Shown one piece after another: positions 44,189 to 53,181 of a DNA stretch of 64,000 nt. The first letter of the stretch is position 1. Each line of letters starts with the position of its first letter. The position numbers and the translations under genes are program-made. The notes under the pieces are model-generated. The model saw only the letters and a list, made by a program, of their open reading frames with translations, was not told the DNA's origin and ran no database searches. The DNA is from a virus, in the IMG/VR virus record IMGVR_UViG_3300022719_000329, positions 1 to 64,000 of that record; one strand, written 5' to 3'.

Positions 44189-44800
44189 ATGCAGACCAGC
44201 TTCGAACGAGCCCAGTCCGAGGTAGGACGGATGCTCGAAGACCTCGGCGGCTCGGCCAACGCCTACGAACAGGCCAAGACTCGCAGCGCCCAGGCCGATG
44301 TGAATCCCTTCCAGAATCCGGAACCGCTCGACACCTCCGACCATCCCCACGATGACGAACCCGAGACCCTCTTCGGAGGCACTGGCGATGACAGCCGGCC
44401 AGTGGACGAAGCTCTGTGCGGGGGATCCGTCGAGGAGCCTCGGGGATTCTCACCCTTCCCCCCGATCAGCGAGCGCTACGAACTGGTGGGCAACGTGGAG
44501 GACATGGGAGAGCTCTCCGATCTCTTTGATGCCTTCGTCCACGCTTCGCTGACCAAAGAGCCGGGCGAGGTGAAGATGCAGACCGGCACCTACGAGATCC
44601 TGTGCACCGAGAACGGCTGGTGCCTGCTCGACGGCGCCAAGGGCCTGCGCTATCTGCTGGACGACGGGGAAGCCAGCAACATGGATCCGGACGTGCAGCT
44701 CGACGACACCGTCGTCTGGGTCATCCGCGCCCGTGACGATGCCGACCTCGGCTACATCCATCAGGGCTGGGTCTACCACAACCGGGAAGCCCAGGGCTAG
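44189..44800 (+). CDS. acidic protein with EQNP-family-like C-terminal hairpin
   Basis: 203 aa; C-terminal VVWVIRARDDADLGYIHQGWVY echoes IVWVIDTHTGDFIGRIEDGVVW. Confidence 0.5.
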   Translation: MQTSFERAQSEVGRMLEDLGGSANAYEQAKTRSAQADVNPFQNPEPLDTSDHPHDDEPETLFGGTGDDSRPVDEALCGGSVEEPRGFSPFPPISERYELVGNVEDMGELSDLFDAFVHASLTKEPGEVKMQTGTYEILCTENGWCLLDGAKGLRYLLDDGEASNMDPDVQLDDTVVWVIRARDDADLGYIHQGWVYHNREAQG

Positions 44801-44940
44801 CCCCTGGGCTCTCCCGAGCTCAAGAAGTACCCAGAGTTCCCCGCAAGATGCGGGGCAAGTTCCTCTAATTGGCAGCACCCACAAATCGATCGAGCGAGTT
44901 AGTTTTGCGCGGTCGTGATAGATCGCCAAGGAGTGCCATC

Positions 44941-45396
44941 ATGTCGAATCTGAACCAGGCTGATGGCTCCAACCCTTTCGACGTCTACGTGACCAGAAAG
45001 GAGGAGCCGTCGGGCTCCTCCCCGGGGGCCCGCATCAACAGGGCTCGCAAGCAAGCGGAAGCCCAGCGAGCTCGCACAGAGCTCGCCAGAACCCAACTCG
45101 AAGAGCCGGATCCCGTCGAGGATCATCACGACCACACCATCTACGAAGAGATGGTAGAGGAGTTCCCGGAAGCAATGCATGCTGTGATCGAGATGCCGAC
45201 TCCTCGTCGCCTCTGGCTGGCTCTGTGGTTCGTGATCTGGGTAACCCTATCGGGTATCGCTTGCCAGGCGAATCTGCTGGGCGGACTCATCCTCACCATG
45301 CCGCTATTCTTCCTGTGCATGTTCCTGGCTCGTGCTCCCCAGATCTACCAAGGCACGTTGGGAGATGGATTCCGCAACTCAAGCTCTGGGGTTTAG
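44941..45396 (+). CDS. membrane protein
   Basis: 151 aa from the ATG at 44941; two C-terminal TM helices. Confidence 0.45.
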   Translation: MSNLNQADGSNPFDVYVTRKEEPSGSSPGARINRARKQAEAQRARTELARTQLEEPDPVEDHHDHTIYEEMVEEFPEAMHAVIEMPTPRRLWLALWFVIWVTLSGIACQANLLGGLILTMPLFFLCMFLARAPQIYQGTLGDGFRNSSSGV

Positions 45397-45405
45397 TTCT
45401 GGAAC

Positions 45406-45428
45406 GTTAGACGGAAAGACCGTCTAAC
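45406..45428 (+). terminator. 9-bp hairpin after the stop codon
   Basis: GTTAGACGG aaaga CCGTCTAAC; no U-tract. Confidence 0.4.
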
Positions 45429-45473
45429 TGGATCTAGGCCCCAATCACCAACACAACCGGAAAGGATTCCGAA

Positions 45474-45977
45474 ATGCAGCTTCGAACCGCAACTCTGGCC
45501 ATGACGATCTTGGCCACGTCCCTGATCGCAGGCAACTGCGGACCTCCGCCGGAGCAGATGTTCCTCGAGTCCACGGCGGTGCCCATCGGAGGCAGCGCCA
45601 ACATGCCGGTCGAGTTCCGGCAGACCGCGGCTTCGTCTCTGGGGGGCCCTTTCTGCCGGGCCACGGCCTCGTTCCAGCTCAACGATCCCGACGGTCACTT
45701 CTCCATCGACCCTGGCCAGACCACGTTCCCGAACCTGCCCGACTCCTGTATCCCGGGCGCCGGCGGGCCCGGCGAGGACAACATCTTCAGCTTCGACGTG
45801 CTCTGCTTCGGAGGCGGGATTCCTGCCAATCAGACCTTCGTGCGTTTCAAGGTGGACGGGGGCGAAGGGCCGTCCGGCGCGCTCGCCCAGATCACCGGGC
45901 TCACTGCCACCATCGAACCCTGTGGCGCAGGGCCGACGTCGATTCCCATCAACAACCCGCTCCTGCAGCTGCAATAG
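45474..45977 (+). CDS. secreted protein
   Basis: 167 aa; signal peptide MQLRTATLAMTILATSLIAGNC. Confidence 0.45.
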   Translation: MQLRTATLAMTILATSLIAGNCGPPPEQMFLESTAVPIGGSANMPVEFRQTAASSLGGPFCRATASFQLNDPDGHFSIDPGQTTFPNLPDSCIPGAGGPGEDNIFSFDVLCFGGGIPANQTFVRFKVDGGEGPSGALAQITGLTATIEPCGAGPTSIPINNPLLQLQ

Positions 45978-46119
45978 CTGCGCGAGCCCGGCCAAAGGAT
46001 TACCCTCGGTAACTCGCCGGGGGTTTTCCTTTATCCGGCCCCCAAGTTCCAACCCGGAACAATCTGGCTCGGACGGTCGAGTCTATTTACTCTAACCCTT
46101 TCGAGGAGGTAAACCTGCC

Positions 46120-46710
46120 GTGCAAGAAATCTACGGAGACCTGTTCGAGAGCATTCTCGCAGACGCCATCTGCATTACTACCAACGGCGTCGTGAACCGG
46201 CAAGGCGCCAACATCATGGGTCGAGGCTGCGCTGGGGAGGCCAAGCGGCGCTGGCCCGGGATCCAGTTCATCGTTGGAACCTGCATCCAAGGCTCCGGAA
46301 ACAACGCCATCTGCCTGACTCACGAGGAGGATGGCCAGATCTTCCTTCAGGAACGCCATGGGCAGCCTAGCTACCCTCGGCACAATGTTCCCTACCACAT
46401 CATGAGCTTCCCAACCAAGCCAGACATCGGCTACGCCAACTACGACTGCTCCAACATCGTCTCCACATGGCGTGACAAGGCCAATCCAGGAGATGCCGTG
46501 CCGGGCTGGGCGGCGGAGAGCAAGCTAGACCTCATCGAGACCAGCGCTCATCGCCTAGTAGCAGAGGCTAACGCTCGAGAGTGGAAGAGCATCGTACTTC
46601 CCCGCCCCGGATGTGGCGCGGGAGAGCTCAGCTGGGGGGACGAAGTCCGTCCTCTCTTGGAACAGATCTTCGATGATCGGTTCTACATCATCACCTTTCC
46701 ACCGAGGTAA
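46120..46710 (+). CDS. macro-domain protein (Poa1p-like)
   Basis: 196 aa; GDLFESILADAICITTNGVVNRQGANIMGRGCAGEAKRRWP and LPRPGCGAGELSW match the macro-domain ADP-ribose pocket pattern; GTG start after GGAGGT. Confidence 0.65.
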   Translation: MQEIYGDLFESILADAICITTNGVVNRQGANIMGRGCAGEAKRRWPGIQFIVGTCIQGSGNNAICLTHEEDGQIFLQERHGQPSYPRHNVPYHIMSFPTKPDIGYANYDCSNIVSTWRDKANPGDAVPGWAAESKLDLIETSAHRLVAEANAREWKSIVLPRPGCGAGELSWGDEVRPLLEQIFDDRFYIITFPPR

Positions 46711-46715
46711 ATGAA

Positions 46716-46946
46716 ATGCGCCTCTGGATACGTCGTGCCTTTCGGGGTTTCCTGTGGGCGTCGGCTCTGGTCCTCATTCTGCTCTTCGAGCTGGCCATTC
46801 GTAGCCTCGACAACGAGCTCATCCATCACGAAGAGGGCCTCCACCAACATGAGCAACGCCTCAACGACATCGATGACCTGCTTCGAGGCGATCGCCTCTG
46901 GCACTGGGAGTGGATGCCCAATCCCCCCGACGGAGTCTGGACCTGA
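46716..46946 (+). CDS. small membrane protein
   Basis: 76 aa; N-terminal TM; GAGGT SD. Confidence 0.4.
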   Translation: MRLWIRRAFRGFLWASALVLILLFELAIRSLDNELIHHEEGLHQHEQRLNDIDDLLRGDRLWHWEWMPNPPDGVWT

Positions 46947-46976
46947 ACAGATTCAACCCCTGAAAGGAGAACCGCA

Positions 46977-47246
46977 GTGCCGATTCTCTTCTACCGTAAT
47001 ACTCATCAAGCCCCGGAATTTCGAGACCTGCGGGTCGAGCTCGAGAACTCTACCGCCCTGCACAACCACATCGTCCATTTCCTGACCCACCAGCAGGGCA
47101 AGACGCTACCGGAGATCTTGGCCGGTGTGGCTGAGTACAATCGACAGTTTCCGTACGACGGTACCACCACCCCCGAAGAAGCCATCCTGGATCTGGCCGA
47201 AGGTCTGCAGAACGCCTCCATTCGTATGGAAGAGGTCCCGGAATGA
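46977..47246 (+). CDS. hypothetical protein
   Basis: 89 aa; GTG start after AAAGGAGA. Confidence 0.4.
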   Translation: MPILFYRNTHQAPEFRDLRVELENSTALHNHIVHFLTHQQGKTLPEILAGVAEYNRQFPYDGTTTPEEAILDLAEGLQNASIRMEEVPE

Positions 47247-47560
47247 GCGCTACTATCAACGCCTATGAGATTCGCCGAGGCGAGTTACCGGCCATCGTCA
47301 CCGAGATCTGGGAGCTCGGGGGTACTTCCCTCCGAGATCACCTGACCGACTACGCCAAGAGCAACGAGAGCATCTTGGAGATTCACCAGCATCCCGAAGA
47401 TGCGACGACCGTTCGCTTTCGGGTCGCGGATCTTCCGTCCTTCACCAAGGAGCTGCTAGATCATGAGGACTGGTGGTGGGATCTAGGAGCGGGCATGCCA
47501 GTGCTAGCCCGCCACATGCGCGAAGACCCCCGCTACCAGTGGTGGATCCACGTCTACTAG
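47243..47560 (+). CDS. hypothetical protein
   Basis: 105 aa; ATGA overlap with the upstream gene. Confidence 0.45.
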   Translation: MSATINAYEIRRGELPAIVTEIWELGGTSLRDHLTDYAKSNESILEIHQHPEDATTVRFRVADLPSFTKELLDHEDWWWDLGAGMPVLARHMREDPRYQWWIHVY

Positions 47561-47571
47561 GAGAAGAACTC

Positions 47572-47841
47572 ATGCAGCTCGAGATCGATCCGCCCCTGGT
47601 GCTGATAAAGCACACCCCACACGACACCTACCACACCTTCGAGATCTGGTTCGTTCCGGACAAGGAAGAAGTAGAACGCCTGCTCAACGACGTGGGCTTG
47701 GCCTCGGCCCTGGAGAAGGTGTGCGAAGGCCCCTATCTCGAAGCCCGGCAACAGGTGATCGAGTTCCTCGATGACCGCTACCCGCCCTACCCCCAGATCT
47801 GGCTGGCCAAGGACCAAGACATCTTCGCACTGGTTGGCTAG
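47572..47841 (+). CDS. hypothetical protein
   Basis: 89 aa from the ATG after AGGAGA. Confidence 0.45.
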   Translation: MQLEIDPPLVLIKHTPHDTYHTFEIWFVPDKEEVERLLNDVGLASALEKVCEGPYLEARQQVIEFLDDRYPPYPQIWLAKDQDIFALVG

Positions 47842-47842
47842 C

Positions 47843-48046
47843 ATGGCCCACTGCTCTCGCTGCAACCATGTGACAGCCGGGCGAAGAAAGATCCGGCCGG
47901 ATCTATGCGGCCCCTGCCTCCTCGGTAAACCCGTGGGGTGGTGGGATGATCTCTACGAAACACTGGCCAAGCTCGGAATCCCCGAGCCAGGAAAGGACAA
48001 TGAGCGCCCAAAGCAACCGCAAGGAGAAGAAGGCCCTCAAGAGTGA
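47843..48046 (+). CDS. small zinc-ribbon protein
   Basis: 67 aa; CSRC ... CGPC. Confidence 0.4.
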   Translation: MAHCSRCNHVTAGRRKIRPDLCGPCLLGKPVGWWDDLYETLAKLGIPEPGKDNERPKQPQGEEGPQE

Positions 48047-48179
48047 TCTGGCTCGGCTCAAGGCCCGGCTGGCCCGCCTGGAGAAGAGCCCTCGGAAGGG
48101 CTCCATGGGCCACAACGCTGCTATCAACACTGTCCGCAACGCCATCGAGTACACTAAGCGCCGTTTGAGTGTGCTCTAG
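48000..48179 (+). CDS. small basic coiled-coil protein
   Basis: 59 aa; overlaps the 3-prime end of the previous ORF in another frame; only one of the two may be real over the overlap. Confidence 0.35.
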   Translation: MSAQSNRKEKKALKSDLARLKARLARLEKSPRKGSMGHNAAINTVRNAIEYTKRRLSVL

Positions 48180-48187
48180 GAAAGTCT

Positions 48188-48322
48188 ATGCCTCGACCCT
48201 GCTCGGGGCTTCTTCGCGAAGCGATCGGCGACAACGAGATCCACAAGCTCGTCGCCATCCAGGCGGACGGAACCCGCATCGAGCTGGAAGGGCCCATCGG
48301 CTTCGAAGTGTGGGTCAAGTAG
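48188..48322 (+). CDS. possible small protein (44 aa)
   Basis: GC3-rich micro-ORF; its stop lies inside the motif A copy at 48315. Confidence 0.3.
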   Translation: MPRPCSGLLREAIGDNEIHKLVAIQADGTRIELEGPIGFEVWVK

Positions 48323-48328
48323 TTGCTC
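48315..48328 (+). promoter_or_regulatory. promoter-like motif class A variant (TCAAGTAGTTGCTC)
   Basis: Exact core GTAGTTGCTC, 33 nt upstream of the helicase ATG. Confidence 0.45.
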
Positions 48329-48347
48329 TTCATCAGAGGAGGAGGCC

Positions 48348-49571
48348 ATGGAGCTGAACCAACAGCAGCGGCAAGCACGAGATCTGGTTCATGGAACCAG
48401 TGACCATGCCCTGATCTCCGGTTTCGCCGGCGCCGGGAAGACCGTGCTTCTACGTCGGCTGATCGAGGACTTGGAGGCTGACCCCAAGCGCCAAGTCTGT
48501 GTGACTGCCACTACGGGGCTGGCTGCTCAGCATGTCCAAGGTCATACCTTGGCCAAAGTTCTCGGTCTCGGCACCGCCAAGAGCCTGCATGAAATTCCGG
48601 AAGTCGACTTCCGAAAGGCTGAGATTGGGCTCCATCAGATCACAGACATGGTCGTCGACGAAATCTCGATGGCCAGCGGTGACTACCTGGAGCTCGTGGA
48701 TCACGTAATGCAGGCAGTGAGATCCAACCAGGAGCCTTTCGGAGGCGTGAGAATGGTCTTCTGTGGGGACTTCATGCAACTCCCACCCGTCCGTCGCTAC
48801 TCCGACCCTGACCCCCAATACCCGTGGGCTTTCGAGTACCCGGGTTTCCAAGACGTTCTAGCAATTTTCCTGACCCAAAGCATGCGGCAGACGGATGAAG
48901 AAGAGATCCAAACCCTCAACGAATTCCGGCAGGGAATTCTGACTTCCCGAGGGCGCCAGATCCTGAGCGAGATGAACCAGCGGAAGCTTCCGGAGGCAGT
49001 AGACCTCTTTCCCCGCAGGCGGGATGTAGAGACCATTAACCACGCCCGACTCCAGATGCACAAGGGCGAGGAGCGAGTCTACCCGACCTTCGTCCGCCCC
49101 GAAAGCAGGCGCCAAGAAATGTTGGCCCGAGTCTCTATCGGTGAAGAGGTGCGCCTCAAGCTGAGAGCTCCGGTCATCATCCTGACCAACGACCCTGACG
49201 GACACTACGTGAACGGCTCTCAAGGTAAGGTCACCGCCTTCGGCCGCCATTCGATTCGAGTCGAGCTCATCAATGGAGAAGAAGTAGAAGTCGAGAGCCG
49301 GGAATGGGAGATACGAGACCCGCAAGAAGACTTCGTGACCGGCCGAGTCCGTGGTCTCCCGGTACAGCTGGGCTGGGCGGCTACCATCCATCGCTCCCAA
49401 GGAATGACTCTCGCCTCGGTGGTGACCGATATTTCCCGTTGTTGGGAACCTGGGCAAGCATATGTAGCGCTGTCCCGAACCCGAACTCTTCAGAAGGTCG
49501 CCCTCCTCGCCCCGGTGGAGAAGATCAAGGCCGATCCGGTGGCGTTGGCCTATGTGAACAGCCTCTTCTAG
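48348..49571 (+). CDS. Pif1/RecD/Dda-type SF1B DNA helicase
   Basis: 407 aa; Walker A GFAGAGKT, Walker B VVDEISM, FCGDFMQLPPV, ATIHRSQGMT, AYVALSRTR. Confidence 0.85.
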   Translation: MELNQQQRQARDLVHGTSDHALISGFAGAGKTVLLRRLIEDLEADPKRQVCVTATTGLAAQHVQGHTLAKVLGLGTAKSLHEIPEVDFRKAEIGLHQITDMVVDEISMASGDYLELVDHVMQAVRSNQEPFGGVRMVFCGDFMQLPPVRRYSDPDPQYPWAFEYPGFQDVLAIFLTQSMRQTDEEEIQTLNEFRQGILTSRGRQILSEMNQRKLPEAVDLFPRRRDVETINHARLQMHKGEERVYPTFVRPESRRQEMLARVSIGEEVRLKLRAPVIILTNDPDGHYVNGSQGKVTAFGRHSIRVELINGEEVEVESREWEIRDPQEDFVTGRVRGLPVQLGWAATIHRSQGMTLASVVTDISRCWEPGQAYVALSRTRTLQKVALLAPVEKIKADPVALAYVNSLF

Positions 49572-49619
49572 AGAACCAGGGAAGAGGGAAATTAGACTCC
49601 GAATCGTGAGGTAGCCCAC

Positions 49620-49871
49620 ATGGAGAACCCGATAACTCGCAGCCTTCTCATGGGCCTTTTTGCCACCGCTCTTCTGTTGACGGGGCTCGGTATCTTCTGG
49701 TGGGTACTGGATCTTATTTACTCCTCTTGGGGAGTAATGTTGGCTGTAGGAACTGTCCTGTGGGCTGGCTGCGTTTGGATCCACCACCGAGTCCATGACA
49801 AATGGTTCGAGAGCCCTCGAGTCAAGATCATATTCGATACCAACTACGACGACGAAGGTGAGGAGGACTGA
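49620..49871 (+). CDS. small membrane protein
   Basis: 83 aa; two TM helices; GAGGT SD. Confidence 0.45.
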   Translation: MENPITRSLLMGLFATALLLTGLGIFWWVLDLIYSSWGVMLAVGTVLWAGCVWIHHRVHDKWFESPRVKIIFDTNYDDEGEED

Positions 49872-49872
49872 C

Positions 49873-50214
49873 ATGTCCGACGACAGAAGCGATTTCGAGG
49901 AGCTGGCAGCTACTCTCGTGGCCAATTTCGGTTGGTCCGAAGAGGAGTCCAAGAAGTTCCTCGCCGACAAAGTGGGCGTCCGAGGTGTGCAGCTCGATGC
50001 CCGCTACCTTCCACTCATACTCCCGGCACTGTCCAAGATCGGCGTGCCCTTCGGTTCCATCCAGCTGAACTTCCTGGTACCGAACAGCCGCTGGGATGAA
50101 TTCCATCAGGCCGCTCAAGAAGCCATGGCCCCCGAGGGCGGCTTCGTCCTGACCCCCGAGCAGAAGGTCCTCATGGGAGGCTCGGATTCAGGAGAGGACC
50201 CCCGGGCCCACTGA
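49873..50214 (+). CDS. hypothetical protein
   Basis: 113 aa from the ATG after AGGAGGA. Confidence 0.45.
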   Translation: MSDDRSDFEELAATLVANFGWSEEESKKFLADKVGVRGVQLDARYLPLILPALSKIGVPFGSIQLNFLVPNSRWDEFHQAAQEAMAPEGGFVLTPEQKVLMGGSDSGEDPRAH

Positions 50215-50522
50215 TGCAGCCGGCTCAGCTCGTAGTCTTCAACTATATCATCGACGAGATCGCCCGCTTGTCGGGAAAACCCGTAGATCCCAACGAGCGC
50301 TACGACCTGTGGACTTCCATGTGCTTGCACGGGACGCATCCGATCAACCTGCGTCCCAAGCAAGCCATTCTTTATCTGACCAGCCAAGCCCCGAGCCGAG
50401 TCCGGGCCATGCTCTGGAAACGTTTGGGAGAAGACCAGTGGGAAGAGCTGGTCGCCAACCTCCGCAACTTCGATCCCCAAGAGGCCGCTACCAGCGAGAT
50501 CTACACCCAACTGGAGAAGTAA
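50214..50522 (+). CDS. hypothetical protein
   Basis: 102 aa; TGATG overlap with the upstream gene. Confidence 0.45.
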   Translation: MQPAQLVVFNYIIDEIARLSGKPVDPNERYDLWTSMCLHGTHPINLRPKQAILYLTSQAPSRVRAMLWKRLGEDQWEELVANLRNFDPQEAATSEIYTQLEK

Positions 50523-51184
50523 TGATGTGGTTCTACTTGGTTGTGCTGACTGCCACGGCTTGGCTGTGGATGAGACGTTTGCACTATCACGGGGACTGCT
50601 TTTCTCTTCCCCAACCCGTCTTCTATTTCCGCCCCGCTTCTCGCCCTACTCCTCCCCGACTCACAGGTCCCGCTGGTGCTGTCGAGAGAGTGAGAGAGAA
50701 CATGATGAAACGAGCCACGGGCTACTGCGAGAACACCAACTGCGAGGACTACGCCAAGGGCGTGTTCCTCCTGAACCACGGCGACACCTTCCACTGTCCG
50801 CGGTGTCGCTACCACGGCCGAATCGAAGCCGAGAGGGGTCACTATTACGGCAGCGCCGACTACTTCACCGAGGTGCGCGTCGAGTACAACTACGACCCCA
50901 TCACCCTGCGCTACCGAGAGATCGCCATCGTCAAGGACGAGTCGCTTCCGTCGGGCTGCACTTACACCCTGCATTCACCGCTGATCAAGACGGAGAACCG
51001 GGCCCTCAAGGTGGCCGAGGCTGTCTTGGCCAGTCTGAACCGCTTCGGTCTGGAAGACGGCATTCCCAAACAACACGAGACCTTGATGAGCTTCGACAAG
51101 CCTCGGGATGAATTCCGAGCTGACTGCGAAGCCCTGGAACTCCAACTGGAGAAGTCCCCGCTCAGGCGACATCACGCCCACTAG
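50522..51184 (+). CDS. zinc-ribbon protein (possible N-terminal TM)
   Basis: 220 aa; CENTNC ... CPRC; alternative start ATG at 50702. Confidence 0.45.
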   Translation: MMWFYLVVLTATAWLWMRRLHYHGDCFSLPQPVFYFRPASRPTPPRLTGPAGAVERVRENMMKRATGYCENTNCEDYAKGVFLLNHGDTFHCPRCRYHGRIEAERGHYYGSADYFTEVRVEYNYDPITLRYREIAIVKDESLPSGCTYTLHSPLIKTENRALKVAEAVLASLNRFGLEDGIPKQHETLMSFDKPRDEFRADCEALELQLEKSPLRRHHAH

Positions 51185-51200
51185 AAGAAGGAGAACTGCG

Positions 51201-51653
51201 ATGGTTACCGTCTACGGTACCCGCAAGAAACAGGGCCACACCTACGCCGACGTGCCGCCGAAGGGCGAGCGCACGGCCGAGGAAGCTCTCAAGAGCCTCA
51301 TCAAGGCGGAGCTCAACTTCGGCGGTCTGATCAAGGAACTCTCAGAGACCCGTATCGTGGTAGAGACCAGCATCATGGGTGGCGCCTGCATCGATACCAC
51401 CTACTTCGAGGGGGAAGCCGAGGAGATGGCCCCTCTGGTCCTGATCGCCGCCACTTACGCCCGTCTCTCGGCGGAGAAGCGGAACGAGACCATCGACAAG
51501 ACCTGGGCCAAGCTCGAGGGGCTCGGGTCCGAGGTTTCGGGCTCGCCCTTCTTCGTCACGCACCTGACCCCGATGTTGATGGGGCAGTCCGTCATGCGGG
51601 ATGTACTCGCCGAACTCACTGGTCAGGTCTCTCAAGAAAGCGCCGATGGTTGA
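51201..51653 (+). CDS. hypothetical protein
   Basis: 150 aa; AGGAGA SD. Confidence 0.45.
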   Translation: MVTVYGTRKKQGHTYADVPPKGERTAEEALKSLIKAELNFGGLIKELSETRIVVETSIMGGACIDTTYFEGEAEEMAPLVLIAATYARLSAEKRNETIDKTWAKLEGLGSEVSGSPFFVTHLTPMLMGQSVMRDVLAELTGQVSQESADG

Positions 51654-51870
51654 TGAGAAAGCACGACGTGCTTTGCCAAGGAGAAGCCTGATGGGAGTAC
51701 CGGCCGCTGTTAGCCAAAGGGCTAAGGACATTCGGGATGAGATCCACGGCAACCACATCAGCCTCATCCACCAGTATCTGACCGTTGCCAATCAGGAGGC
51801 CTGGCTCGAAGAGAATGAAACTCGCCTTTGGCTGGCTGTCGGTTACTTTTATGCGGGCGCCGGAAGATGA
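51646..51870 (+). CDS. hypothetical protein
   Basis: 74 aa; 8-nt overlap with the upstream gene. Confidence 0.35.
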   Translation: MVDEKARRALPRRSLMGVPAAVSQRAKDIRDEIHGNHISLIHQYLTVANQEAWLEENETRLWLAVGYFYAGAGR

Positions 51871-51950
51871 CGCCGTAGTGATCTGGGTATCGAGCCCGAA
51901 GACTGGACTCATCTCTTGGAAGTGACCGAGAGGGAGTGAAAGGAAATCTC

Positions 51951-52376
51951 ATGAAGTTCACAATCGAGGTAGATCCGGAGAAGACTCCTGATGCCGTCGG
52001 TGAGTTCCTCCGGGATGCCTTCTTCGACCAGCATCAGGACGAGGATGGCTGGTCCATCGGATGCTATTCAGTATTCGACTGGCGGCCGGGTGTACATCCG
52101 CTTCCGGACCTTCCCGTCGAACCCGTCGAACACAACCATCCGGAAGATCAAGAACCGGCAGAGTTGTGCTGGGGCTGCTCGTCCGAAGACATGAAGTGGA
52201 CCCGGGGCGCGAAGTCCTTTGCCCTGCCTGAACTCTATACCATCGAATGCCGATGGTACTGGGATGGAGACGGCACCTTGGCTTTCTCCCTCCCGGGAAA
52301 CCGCTGGCTCGTGAACACCGACTGCAAGAAGGATCACGGCTGGACCCTACTGGCCGAGGGGGAGGAACCCGAGTAG
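51951..52376 (+). CDS. hypothetical acidic protein
   Basis: 141 aa from the ATG at 51951. Confidence 0.45.
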   Translation: MKFTIEVDPEKTPDAVGEFLRDAFFDQHQDEDGWSIGCYSVFDWRPGVHPLPDLPVEPVEHNHPEDQEPAELCWGCSSEDMKWTRGAKSFALPELYTIECRWYWDGDGTLAFSLPGNRWLVNTDCKKDHGWTLLAEGEEPE

Positions 52377-52576
52377 TGCCTCCGTTCATCGAAATCCTAG
52401 CCCTATGCCTGGCCATGCTTGTCTGGTTCGACGTGGCGTGGTCGATCGCCCAACGTGAGCTACCGAACGGCCGAGCAGTTCCGCTTATCATGGTGTGCTT
52501 GTCATCAATAGCCGCCATTGTCATCTACAACACACTCAACCACTTCTACCAGCTGCTGCAAGCGGTGGGTGGCTAG
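52376..52576 (+). CDS. micro membrane protein 1 (66 aa)
   Basis: GTG overlapping the upstream TAG (TAGTG); two TM helices. Confidence 0.4.
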   Translation: MPPFIEILALCLAMLVWFDVAWSIAQRELPNGRAVPLIMVCLSSIAAIVIYNTLNHFYQLLQAVGG

Positions 52577-52585
52577 GAGACCAAC

Positions 52586-52849
52586 ATGCCCGAAGAGTTT
52601 GCTCTAAAGGCCAGCCTCGTGGCCATCGTCTACTTCGTCTGCGGCGTAGCGACTCTGATCGCCGACTGCCTGTGCCGAGAGAGACGCCCGTTGAAGTACG
52701 ACAACCGCCCGCTCCGGTCCTACATCTTTGTCTCTCTGGCTTGGCCGCTTCTGTGGGCGGCCCTGGCCATCATGCTCATCCTCGGCGGCCTCCTGGGGGC
52801 CGCCACGTGGGCGAGTGATCGCCTTACCGACCTATTCGGAGAAGACTGA
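52586..52849 (+). CDS. micro membrane protein 2 (87 aa)
   Basis: AGGAGA SD; two or three TM helices. Confidence 0.45.
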   Translation: MPEEFALKASLVAIVYFVCGVATLIADCLCRERRPLKYDNRPLRSYIFVSLAWPLLWAALAIMLILGGLLGAATWASDRLTDLFGED

Positions 52850-52932
52850 TGGCTACTACCGTTCTACTCGTGTTCTGCAGCTTATTTCTAGGCTTCGGCC
52901 TGTCCCTCGGGGTCGCGGCGTGGTCACTGTGA
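52849..52932 (+). CDS. micro membrane peptide 3 (27 aa)
   Basis: TGATG overlap; MATTVLLVFCSLFLGFGLSLGVAAWSL is a single TM helix. Confidence 0.3.
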   Translation: MATTVLLVFCSLFLGFGLSLGVAAWSL

Positions 52933-53024
52933 AGACCATCGGCGCCGGCGCTTTCTTCAGCGGTTTCTGCTTGCTTGCGCTCATCGCAGTCCGGGCCATC
53001 TGGAACTCCCTGGAGGCCCCGTGA
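52929..53024 (+). CDS. micro membrane peptide 4 (31 aa)
   Basis: GTGA overlap; VKTIGAGAFFSGFCLLALIAVRAIW. Confidence 0.3.
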   Translation: MKTIGAGAFFSGFCLLALIAVRAIWNSLEAP

Positions 53025-53170
53025 AGCGGGCGTGGTGGCAGACTGATCGCTGGAGCCAAAGGCTAGATCACTTCATGCTCTTGGCCCGCCTTTGGGTGAT
53101 CGGACAACTAGCCGGGGGTTGCATCTACATCCTCTGGCTAGCTGATAAGTATCTCCAACACAGCAATTGA
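53021..53170 (+). CDS. micro membrane peptide 5 (49 aa)
   Basis: GTGA overlap; LLARLWVIGQLAGGCIYILWL TM helix. Confidence 0.3.
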   Translation: MKRAWWQTDRWSQRLDHFMLLARLWVIGQLAGGCIYILWLADKYLQHSN

Positions 53171-53181
53171 AAGGGACTTCC

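Noticed and set aside
48858-49970. 370-aa minus-strand ORF
   Set aside because: It is antisense to the clearly recognisable Pif1/RecD helicase gene. Its composition is Arg/Gly/Ser/Pro-rich, typical of shadow ORFs in GC-rich DNA, and it has no SD.
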